In this document: piece after piece, positions 9,601 to 16,412 of the stretch
Layout: the number at the start of each line of letters is the position of its first letter
How positions within the stretch are numbered: the first letter of the stretch is position 1
Assembly (NCBI GenBank): GCA_938091905.1
Contig: CALKOM010000139.1
Coordinates: 1-16,547 of the forward strand
Direction: 5' to 3'
Source of the DNA: an uncultured Verrucomicrobiales bacterium
GTDB taxonomy: Bacteria; Verrucomicrobiota; Verrucomicrobiia; Verrucomicrobiales; DEV007
Length of the DNA: 16,547 nt
Program-made: the position numbers and the translations under genes
Notes under the pieces: model-generated
Database searches by the model: none
The model's input: only the letters and a program-made list of their open reading frames with translations
What the model was told of the DNA's origin: nothing

Positions 9601-11367
9601 CTGGAATCGTCCATTCTTGCGCCGAAAGAGGGCCACGTCATCACCGCGCCCGTCAGGCATACCGCCCTCGGTGTTACACATGAGGGCATCGAGGGCAATG
9701 TAGTGCGCCCACTGTTCGAGGTCGGCGATCTCGTTCACCCGGTCATAGTATGTCTCTTCGGGCTCTGTCTGTCGTAAGGTCTCGATCAACGTGAACATGT
9801 CCGTGTAGTCATCATCGGAGCTGTGGTTACGTTTGTTGTATTCTTTGCGGAAGGTGGTCATGTCGGTCTTCCGCTCATTGAGATAAGCGCTTGCGACTAA
9901 GCGATAGAGATTGCCGTCCTCTTCGCCGGGGAAATGCCTTTCAACAAAGGCTCCATCGAGAACTTCGTTATGAACGTAACATCCGAACTGTGGAGAGCCT
10001 TTCTTTGCCCAGTTGCTGCCGTTCATTGTGATCACGACAGGTGTCGATCCTGCGGAGTGGCTTCCCAGAAGTTGATGAATCGCGGCCCCAATCGACTGCG
10101 ACTGCGTGAATTGCGTATTGAGGTTGATGTCCGTGATGCCTCGCCAAGGATCGTCACTTGGGAAGGACACGCGCATGCCGGGAGGAAATGCGGAGCGACT
10201 GCCATGACCACGAATGCGAGCGGTGACGTTGTAGCGGACATCGATCTCAACCCCATCGACGGCGATGAAGGTTAGGTGGAGGTGATTGTTATAGACGTTG
10301 GAGCGTCCCGACTTTGCGGCGAGATTCCTCATCAGAGAAACCTCATCTGCGGTGGTCACGATGCGATACGTTGGCCTTGCCCCGGGGGCTTGTTCGGCAT
10401 CCAGGTTGAAAGAGTTGTCTACTTGATAGAGACAGACAGGTTGGCGCTGAGTGAGACGACCACTGTCATCACGGTTGAGCCTGGGATAGTCCGTGGCGGA
10501 GCCCGTGTCGTCTGCTGCGCGCACGTAAAACTGTACAATGGTTTTGTTGGATTGCGGGGGGATGCTACCCGCTCCTTCCTTCATTGGCACCGATTGGAAA
10601 GCGGTCTCACCGTCTAATCTATAGTGCAGGGTCATGGTGACCGGACTGGCATGATCGATCTTTGCTCGAACAACGACAGGTTCAGTCGACTTTGGGATGG
10701 CGGGACGGTGATTTACTGATACCACGACTGGGGCAATCTTCTCGAAGTAGATGTCGTTCTGTTTTCCAGGGGTACCGCCGTCGACGTTGCTGCTGCCCCA
10801 GTGTTCTCCTTGCTTGTTGTTGGAGAGGGGGGACTTCAGAGAGAGCGATTTGCCGTCACCGTCATGGGGGGCGCGCCAGATCCAATCATCGTTGCCCTTC
10901 AGCTTAGTCGAAACTCGCTGTGCCCAGCGGCCGGAATCGGCATAGGTGACTTCATCAACGGTCCGTTCATCTGCGTCTTCTAGAGTGATCTTCTCTCCGC
11001 CATTGCTCAATTGGCCTCGATAGGGGCCAAGCACGGTGGCGATGTTTGGATGTTTTACTCGGAGGGCGTCGGGATCGGCAGCGATGATGAGGAAACCTCC
11101 AGGCGCAAGGGTAACAGCAGGGAAGGTATAGCGAACGCCAGAAGAGAATCTCCAGCTCTCGAGTGAAATAGGCTTCTCGCCGGCATGATAGAGTTCAATG
11201 TATTCCGCCGAATCATCTTCTTTCCATTCGGTCGATTTGCTGTGATACATGATCTCATTGATCACGATCGGCGTTGCTGATAAGGCCTGCTGGCCCAGGC
11301 AAAATGCTAGAACTCCTGTAAGTGTCAGGTGTACATAATGACCCAGCGATAGAGACCCCAAACTCAT
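6697..11367 (-). CDS. Secreted lamin-tail-domain / CotH kinase family multidomain protein
   Basis: Four LTD starts: IVINEIMYH (~11270), LVLSEVLAIN (~7980), LRFTEWFA (~7570), IRISEIHYHP (~7140), with EYIEL/EFIEL, LSNGGE and TPG motifs. CotH-like region at about 9310-10290 (RIRGHGSR, GNLYR, CNTE, FQFIPYDLD). Beta-helix-like region at about 8300-8970. Start moved from 11499 to ATG 11367: this removes the overlap with the divergent gene, exposes a signal-like hydrophobic stretch, and sits 7 nt after a promoter match. Confidence 0.9.
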   Translation of the reverse strand: MSLGSLSLGHYVHLTLTGVLAFCLGQQALSATPIVINEIMYHSKSTEWKEDDSAEYIELYHAGEKPISLESWRFSSGVRYTFPAVTLAPGGFLIIAADPDALRVKHPNIATVLGPYRGQLSNGGEKITLEDADERTVDEVTYADSGRWAQRVSTKLKGNDDWIWRAPHDGDGKSLSLKSPLSNNKQGEHWGSSNVDGGTPGKQNDIYFEKIAPVVVSVNHRPAIPKSTEPVVVRAKIDHASPVTMTLHYRLDGETAFQSVPMKEGAGSIPPQSNKTIVQFYVRAADDTGSATDYPRLNRDDSGRLTQRQPVCLYQVDNSFNLDAEQAPGARPTYRIVTTADEVSLMRNLAAKSGRSNVYNNHLHLTFIAVDGVEIDVRYNVTARIRGHGSRSAFPPGMRVSFPSDDPWRGITDINLNTQFTQSQSIGAAIHQLLGSHSAGSTPVVITMNGSNWAKKGSPQFGCYVHNEVLDGAFVERHFPGEEDGNLYRLVASAYLNERKTDMTTFRKEYNKRNHSSDDDYTDMFTLIETLRQTEPEETYYDRVNEIADLEQWAHYIALDALMCNTEGGMPDGRGDDVALFRRKNGRFQFIPYDLDSILGMGDDGQRIGKDVFGYGNMSGLRAIFKNSRFLKLYTDSIIRLTETTYRPKIIHRLIDEQWSGWVPDTQIKKVKGFVVDRIANVLSQIQSSTVVASTLEQEGAFYKAPSATFALYGRFDYRTVTRVSVGGEEPKIFKETGMWIMPPDRLQKLVRPGMNQIPVVMLNDEGDVVEEQLMRVWLDSGKVIKVHNSLPDNTTITWTPEEGPYLIDGAVLVPETATLVIQGGTTVYAGKEASLDIMGNLRVEGETMSRVTFAKNPGDPQGPGWQRIMLPKATKLSEVDWFNVDGPIIAAGNLHLSNVNMQGGTNFSISGKRSVTIEDSKLTQLGDTPTPLIKTSGSVTLIRSQLSREGTAPAVHAVKGNVDAFACTFQQASAPVMSLKQGFIDGCDFNVASSTTGALWKTSATEVVATRNRATGGKGATLVASLAQRDLPAADCRYLSQPPSKTSNGNVRFQIGGEGLAAFRYQVDDEEWTAPVSMGGQDSHDLTLNLSPGKHVVRIVGNHVSGRWQSEEQATESRPFEIVPGLPALVLSEVLAINESAHKIKGKYNDYIEIQNLGIEPLDLGGFSLSDHPDKLSEYTFPKETIVAPGGFHLVTATKDDQGFALSGDGDTVYLSRDDKIIDSVTFGLQLADHSISRSEEGSWTLSTPTPKTANSFLPLGESKLLRFTEWFAIPDVRSPDEFLELTNASKIAVDLGGMTITDRIPNKSVWNPLTPLSFIAAESSQVFLADGSPKKGANHLDFRLSNEGEAIGLFDRNGMMVDFVIYGPQASGISQGRADDGSLIYARPSPGVGVSTERAGSPPPSSNIRISEIHYHPSTVEDEEFIELANVSDQPVSLATLAFVSGIEHEFSDLQLEPHSRGVVVKDRQAFTTRYGTEATIIGEYKGKLSNSGERLSLETVSGETLIEFNYKDKWHKTTDGKGYSLTLSDLSSKQLATKKAWQPSDEIGGTPGK

Positions 11368-11374
11368 AGCGGGA

Positions 11375-11403
11375 ACGGTAAGCGGGCGATTACGCGGCGT
11401 CAA
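11375..11403 (-). promoter_or_regulatory. Putative sigma70-type promoter for the LTD/CotH gene, leaderless geometry
   Basis: Minus strand reads TTGACG (11403-11398), 17 nt, TACCGT (11380-11375), 7 nt, ATG (11367). No Shine-Dalgarno is present. Confidence 0.6.
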
Positions 11404-11480
11404 CCGGGGCAATTTCTTGGGTCCGTGGGATTCGCCGATTCCGACTCGACGGTAGGGGGTACCCCAGCCAACGTAGGCCC

Positions 11481-13028
11481 ATGAAACAACGCCGTACACG
11501 ATGGAAGCTGCTCATCATTCTCCTCGCGATTCCGCCTCTTTTGAGAGTCGTCTTCAGCTTCACGCCCTACGAAGAAGTTGGCTGGGGTGGCGCTGCGAAC
11601 CTGTTAACGATCATTCTGATGCTTGTGATGGCCCTCGTCTGGCTGCTACTCGTCTCCGGTCTATCGTGGTCGCGTCGTCTGATTGGGGTCGCGCTCATCG
11701 GGTTGCTGAGCGTCAGCCTCCGTTTCAGCGTGCGGCACGAAGGGCACATGGGAGATTTCTTCCCCCAACTGGCTTGGGTTTGGACGCCCAAGTCGGACGA
11801 AGTGGCGGATTCGTTGGAGTTGACGACACTTGCGCCCAATTCGCCGCTTACGACGAATCTGCCGGGTGATTTCCCTTACTTTTTGGGGCCCAATCGAGAC
11901 AACTGGGTCTCTGGCAGCCAATTGGCGGCCGATTGGGCGGAGCAGACGCCGCGTGAGCTTTGGCGGCTGAATATTGGCCTGGGCTGGTCGTCGTTCGCGG
12001 TGGCAGGGTCCTTCGCTTACACACTAGAGCAGCGAGGCGATGACGAACTGACCGTGTGTTACGAGGCGCGGACGGGAAACCCTGTTTGGGTGCATGCTGA
12101 GAATGTGAGATTTTCAGAGAGCATGGGTGGTGATGGCCCTCGGAGTACGCCGACGGTGCATGAGGGAAAGGTATATGCGCTCGGAGCGACGGGCATTTTG
12201 CTATGCTTCGATGGGCTAACGGGAGAGGTCGTCTGGCGTCGAGAAACTTTGAACGAGGTCGATCAAGGAAATCAAATGTGGGCCAAGAGCGGGAGTCCAC
12301 TGATCGTTGGCGATGTGGTGGTGATCACGTTAGGGGATTCAAAAGACCGTCCTCTCGCGGCTTTTGATTTACTGACGGGTGATCCACGCTGGAGAGGTGG
12401 GGATGCGAAACCTGGGTATGCCACCCCAGTTCTAACGACTCTCGCAGGCAAACGTCAGATCGTGTGTCACAATACTGGAAGCGTGAGTGGTCACGATCCT
12501 ATGACCGGAGAGATCCTGTGGAATCACGACATTGGCAGGTCGCCAGCGCACACCACGATTCCCATGATTATCGATACCGATAAAGTGCTTGTTAGCGTGG
12601 GCTATGGGCATGGCTCGCATCTTATCGACCTGTCCTCAGGTGAACCCAATGAGATTTGGAAAACGAACAAACTGAAGACGAAGTTTTCAGATATGGTGGT
12701 TCGCAATGACCATGCCTACGGTCTCGATGAAGGCCGTCTCGTCTGCATGAATATCGAGGATGGTCAGCGTGCTTGGCGTGGCACGCGGTTCAGTCATGGG
12801 CAGATGTTAGGAGTGGGAGATAAACTCCTCATTCAAGCGGAGGGGGGAGAAATCGTCTTGGCTGAGGCGACGCCTGAAGAAGAGGAGATCGTGCATCGGT
12901 TCGATGCGCTCTCCAGCAAGACGTGGAATCATCCGGTCTTGGCTGGGCGGTTATTGCTTATTCGAAATGACCGCGAAGCAATCGTCTACGAATACCCTGG
13001 CAATGGGTCTACAGATTTGGGTAATTAG
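11481..13028 (+). CDS. Membrane-anchored PQQ-binding-like (BamB-like) beta-propeller repeat protein
   Basis: 515 aa with about 3 N-terminal hydrophobic helices, then FPYFLGPNRD, ELWR...GLGWSS, GPRSTPTV, YATPVL and KTWNHPVLAGRLLLIRND motifs with repeated G-x-x-x-W blade signatures. This family is expanded in Planctomycetes and Verrucomicrobia. Confidence 0.88.
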   Translation: MKQRRTRWKLLIILLAIPPLLRVVFSFTPYEEVGWGGAANLLTIILMLVMALVWLLLVSGLSWSRRLIGVALIGLLSVSLRFSVRHEGHMGDFFPQLAWVWTPKSDEVADSLELTTLAPNSPLTTNLPGDFPYFLGPNRDNWVSGSQLAADWAEQTPRELWRLNIGLGWSSFAVAGSFAYTLEQRGDDELTVCYEARTGNPVWVHAENVRFSESMGGDGPRSTPTVHEGKVYALGATGILLCFDGLTGEVVWRRETLNEVDQGNQMWAKSGSPLIVGDVVVITLGDSKDRPLAAFDLLTGDPRWRGGDAKPGYATPVLTTLAGKRQIVCHNTGSVSGHDPMTGEILWNHDIGRSPAHTTIPMIIDTDKVLVSVGYGHGSHLIDLSSGEPNEIWKTNKLKTKFSDMVVRNDHAYGLDEGRLVCMNIEDGQRAWRGTRFSHGQMLGVGDKLLIQAEGGEIVLAEATPEEEEIVHRFDALSSKTWNHPVLAGRLLLIRNDREAIVYEYPGNGSTDLGN

Positions 13029-13034
13029 GCCCCC

Positions 13035-14048
13035 ATGTCCGACAAACCTTACGACCTTCTCACCTATGGCCGCTCATCGATCGACCTCTATTCGAGCGAC
13101 ATTGGGGCGCCGTTTGAAGAAATATCGGGGTTTGGAGCCTTTGCTGGCGGATCGCCTCTGAACATCGCCACGGGTCTTACGAGGCTCGGGAAGAAGGCCG
13201 CCTTGTTGACTGGAATGGGGGACGACAAAGTCGCCGACTTCCTCCTGCGATTTCTCAATGACGAAGGGGTTGAGACGAAGTTGATTCCTCGTATCCCGGG
13301 AACACGTACGAGCGCCGTTGTCCTGGGAATCGAGCCCCCGGATCGCTTTCCACTAGTCTATTACCGGGAGAATTGCGCCGACAATGCCATGACGATCGAT
13401 CATGTGCTCGCGGCGAATGTCAGCCAGTTTCGGTGTTTGGAAATATCGGGCACAGCATTGAGCAAAGAACCTTGTCGCAGCGCCGCATTCTTCGCCGTAG
13501 AAGAAGCGGTGCGTGCCAGCGTGCCGGTGATGCTCGATTTGGATTTCCGGCAGGATCAGTGGCACGATGCCCGCGCCTTTGGCGTGACCACACGTGCCTT
13601 GCTGCCTCGGGTTAACGTGGCCATTGGCACGGAGGAAGAAGTGTTGGCGACGATGCTCACTGATCCTAATCAGATCACGGTTCAGCATCAGCAAATGTCC
13701 GCTCCGGAGATTCGAGGCAATTTGGATGATGCGATTGCCGGTATTCTTAAACTCGGGGTCGAGGCGCTCATCGTGAAACGCGGCAGCGATGGTGCTAGCA
13801 TCCATTTGCCAGACGGCAGTGCCCAAGTCGTGCCCGGGTTTCCCGTAGAGATTGTCAATGTGCTTGGGGCGGGCGATGCGTTCGCTACCGGTTTCATCTA
13901 TGGCTTCCTGGAAGGCTGGGACCACTACAAATCTTGTCGGATGGGCAATGCTTGCGGTGCCATTGTTGTGACCCGCCACGGTTGTGCAAACTTTATGCCC
14001 TATCATGATGAATTGTTCGCCTTCGTGGAAGAGAAGGGTGGGTTTTAG
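13035..14048 (+). CDS. iolC: 5-dehydro-2-deoxygluconokinase (PfkB family)
   Basis: GRSSIDLY, GGSPLNIATGLTRLG, LGIEPPDRFPLVYYRENCAD and NVLGAGDAF motifs typical of IolC, adjacent to iolD. Single-domain form of 337 aa, without the C-terminal DUF2090 extension. Confidence 0.93.
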   Translation: MSDKPYDLLTYGRSSIDLYSSDIGAPFEEISGFGAFAGGSPLNIATGLTRLGKKAALLTGMGDDKVADFLLRFLNDEGVETKLIPRIPGTRTSAVVLGIEPPDRFPLVYYRENCADNAMTIDHVLAANVSQFRCLEISGTALSKEPCRSAAFFAVEEAVRASVPVMLDLDFRQDQWHDARAFGVTTRALLPRVNVAIGTEEEVLATMLTDPNQITVQHQQMSAPEIRGNLDDAIAGILKLGVEALIVKRGSDGASIHLPDGSAQVVPGFPVEIVNVLGAGDAFATGFIYGFLEGWDHYKSCRMGNACGAIVVTRHGCANFMPYHDELFAFVEEKGGF

Positions 14049-14222
14049 AGACAGAAAGAGATGCCTCGCGCCGGTATTCAAGGCATAGAGGTTTTAGCCG
14101 CTCCACATTTCAACAGATTCTCGATCAATGATATTTATTCACTTCTACTTGCAATCATTCGCGGTTTTAGACGTGAGCTCCGCAAGCCGCTCTTTCTTTT
14201 TGTCCCCCTATTTCTGTCTTTA
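14046..14222. repeat. Intergenic segment bounded by 15-bp imperfect inverted repeats (MITE-like or structured-RNA candidate)
   Basis: TAGAGACAGAAAGAG (14046-14060) matches the reverse complement of 14208-14222 (TAAAGACAGAAATAG) at 13/15 positions, with a 9-bp perfect core AGACAGAAA. Confidence 0.5.
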
Positions 14223-14236
14223 ACCGCCTTTCAATC

Positions 14237-16090
14237 ATGCCTCGTTTAACAGTCGCTCAAGCAACGATTACCTATCTCAAAAACCAGCACGTTGCCCGTG
14301 ATGGACAGGAGACTCCTTTCTTTGCGGGGTGCTTCGGCATCTTCGGTCATGGGAATGTCGCTGGCCTAGGACAGGCGCTCCATCAAGATCCTGGGTTTAC
14401 CTACTATCAGTGTCGCAACGAGCAGGCCATGGTGCACACCGCCGTGGCCTACGCTAAGGTAAGGAACCGTTTGGGTGCGTTTGCCTGTACTACCTCAATC
14501 GGGCCAGGAGCGACGAACATGGTTACGGGTGCTGCCCTTGCTACGGTGAATCGCCTTCCTGTATTGCTTCTCCCGGGTGATATTTTTGCTCGCCGCAATG
14601 TTGCTCCCGTTTTGCAGCAAATTGAATTGCCACACACTCAGGACCATGGCGCGAATGATGCTTTTAAGCCCGTCTCTCGATACTGGGATCGGATCAATCG
14701 CGCCGAGCAGTTGATCACGTCTCTCCCTGAGGCCATGCGGGTTTTGATTTCTCAAGGCGACACCGGAGCAGTGACCCTTGCGATGCCTCAGGATGTACAG
14801 GCGGAAGCGTTTGATTTCCCTGATGGGATATTTGAGAAGAAGGTCTGGACCATTGCGCGACCGCGACCAGACCGAGACTTGTTGCAACGGGCCGCTGAGT
14901 GGATCAAATCTAGCAAACGTCCCATGATCATCACTGGTGGCGGTACGATTTATAGTGAAGCGACGGATGAACTGCGAGGATTTGTCAAGCGGACTGGCAT
15001 TCCCGTGGCTGAGACCATGGCTGGCAAAGGGGCGCTGCGCTATGATGACCCATGTAACTTGGGCGCCGCGGGTGTGACGGGAACCGAGGGGGCTAACGTC
15101 GTGGCTTCCGAAGCCGATCTCGTCATTGGTATTGGCACGCGATACAGCGACTTCACCACGGCATCAAAGACCGCTTGGCAGGATCCAAACGTGCGTTTCA
15201 TTAATATCAACGTCACGGATTTCGATGCGTTCAAGCATGGCGCGCTTCCGCTGGTGGGCGATGCGCGAGTGGTGCTGGAAGAGCTCGAAGCTGCGTTGGA
15301 AAGTTACGCTGTTGATGACGCCTATCGGGCGAAAGCGGCAGAATGGAATCAGTCGTGGGACAAGGTTGTCGACGGTGTCTATCACTTAAACCATGGAGTC
15401 CCCGTCAGTCAGGGGGAGGTCATCGGCGCGGTTAACGACGCGGCGGACGAACGCGACATCGTGCTATGCGCCGCGGGAAGTTTGCCTGGCGATTTGCACA
15501 AACTCTGGCGCACGCGTGACCCCAAAGGCTATCATTTGGAATATGGCTACTCTTGCATGGGCTATGAGATTGCTGGAGGCCTCGGTGCCAAGATGGCTGA
15601 TCCCACCCGCGAGATCTTTGTTATGGTTGGAGATGGTAGCTACCTCATGATGGCGCAGGAGCTGATCACCGCTGTGCAAGAAGGCATCAAGCTGACCATT
15701 CTTCTTCTGAACAACAACGGTTACGGCAGTATCGGTGGCCTTTCCACGGCGGTTGGTAGCCAGCGCTTCGGGACGCAGTACCGTTATCGCGACGATGCTA
15801 GCGGGCAACTCGACGGCGATCATTTGCCTGTCGATCTCGCTGCCAACGCGCGAAGCCTTGGTGCTGAGGTTATCGAGTGTACGGACATTGTTTCTGTTAA
15901 AGGCGCACTCGTAACGGCGAAGGCGTCAGACAAGACAACGGTCATCTATGTGGAAACCGATCTGTTCCAAGGCGTCGACGGATACACATGGTGGGAAGTG
16001 CCCGTTGCCGAGGTGTCGGAAGTAGATACCGTGAAAGAAGCCTATCAAGACTACGAAGAGCAGCGTAAGAAGCAGCGCAACTACATGTAG
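14237..16090 (+). CDS. iolD: 3D-(3,5/4)-trihydroxycyclohexane-1,2-dione acylhydrolase (decyclizing), ThDP-dependent
   Basis: 617 aa with RLTVAQA, GIFGHGNV, RNEQAM, TTSIGPGATN, HLEYGYSCMGYE, the ThDP motif GDGSYLMM...NNGY and WWEVPVAEVS, all IolD hallmarks. Confidence 0.97.
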   Translation: MPRLTVAQATITYLKNQHVARDGQETPFFAGCFGIFGHGNVAGLGQALHQDPGFTYYQCRNEQAMVHTAVAYAKVRNRLGAFACTTSIGPGATNMVTGAALATVNRLPVLLLPGDIFARRNVAPVLQQIELPHTQDHGANDAFKPVSRYWDRINRAEQLITSLPEAMRVLISQGDTGAVTLAMPQDVQAEAFDFPDGIFEKKVWTIARPRPDRDLLQRAAEWIKSSKRPMIITGGGTIYSEATDELRGFVKRTGIPVAETMAGKGALRYDDPCNLGAAGVTGTEGANVVASEADLVIGIGTRYSDFTTASKTAWQDPNVRFININVTDFDAFKHGALPLVGDARVVLEELEAALESYAVDDAYRAKAAEWNQSWDKVVDGVYHLNHGVPVSQGEVIGAVNDAADERDIVLCAAGSLPGDLHKLWRTRDPKGYHLEYGYSCMGYEIAGGLGAKMADPTREIFVMVGDGSYLMMAQELITAVQEGIKLTILLLNNNGYGSIGGLSTAVGSQRFGTQYRYRDDASGQLDGDHLPVDLAANARSLGAEVIECTDIVSVKGALVTAKASDKTTVIYVETDLFQGVDGYTWWEVPVAEVSEVDTVKEAYQDYEEQRKKQRNYM

Positions 16091-16263
16091 ATCTTGCGCT
16101 CAGGTTGGGCGCTCCGCCGGTAGCCCGGCGGCTGCGAGTGTTCCAGCATCTTCTGCAACGTCTCCCAATGGAGACCTTCTTCCGACATTACCGAGCGCTT
16201 GCTCTGCTTATCGACCAACACTTTCCGGCGCACTCGCGCCCATTGTTCCATGTTCATGTACAC
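16081..16263 (-). pseudogene. istA: N-terminal fragment of IS21-family transposase
   Basis: MEQWARVRRKVLV...SKRSV...GLHWETLQKMLEHSQPPGYRR resembles the N-terminal HTH of IstA. The GTG start is preceded by the SD-like AGAAAGGA. The fragment is cut off after about 58 codons, where it meets the iolD end. Confidence 0.85.
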
Positions 16264-16335
16264 TCATCCTTTCTGATGGGTGTATCGGTTTTAGTCCGCC
16301 CCTTTCTCCGTGCCGGTTTTCACCCGGCGTTTACA
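16091..16335 (-). mobile_element. Truncated IS21-family element (left end plus 5' part of istA)
   Basis: Minus strand begins TGTAAACGCCGGGTGAAAACCGGCAC at 16335 (TG terminus). A second related repeat, GGCGGACTAAAACCGATACAC, lies at 16300-16280. Multiple subterminal repeats are characteristic of IS21. No istB or right end is present. Confidence 0.8.
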
Positions 16336-16412
16336 CGGGGTGCGCTTCCTTGGGGCGGGTAGTGACGAAGTGCTGGCACTTACGACATCGACCCTGAACA
16401 ACGGGAAAGTTA

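Noticed and set aside
1321..11258. Many 60-170 aa ORFs nested in the two giant minus-strand genes
   Set aside because: They lie wholly inside long ORFs with coherent domain content and have no motifs of their own.
11456..11465. Palindrome GGGGTACCCC upstream of the propeller gene
   Set aside because: Short and GC-rich, with no second copy or known operator match that I can support.
11368..11499. 44-aa N-terminal extension of the LTD/CotH ORF from GTG 11499
   Set aside because: It overlaps the divergent gene start, has non-protein-like composition, and spans a promoter match pointing to ATG 11367.
13353..14081. 242-aa minus-strand ORF
   Set aside because: Antisense to the well-supported iolC.
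14041..14170. CRISPR array, since GTTTTAG resembles the start of type II-A repeats
   Set aside because: The match is only 8 bp, spacing is irregular, and there are no cas genes.
14061..14249. 62-aa ORF as a real membrane protein
   Set aside because: Its hydrophobic tail derives from the T/C-rich repeat arm and it overlaps iolD. It is kept only as a possible translational-coupling ORF.
16105..16362. 85-aa minus-strand ORF listed as plus-strand 16105..16362
   Set aside because: This plus-strand ORF is the antisense of the IS21 remnant and its left end, with no protein features.
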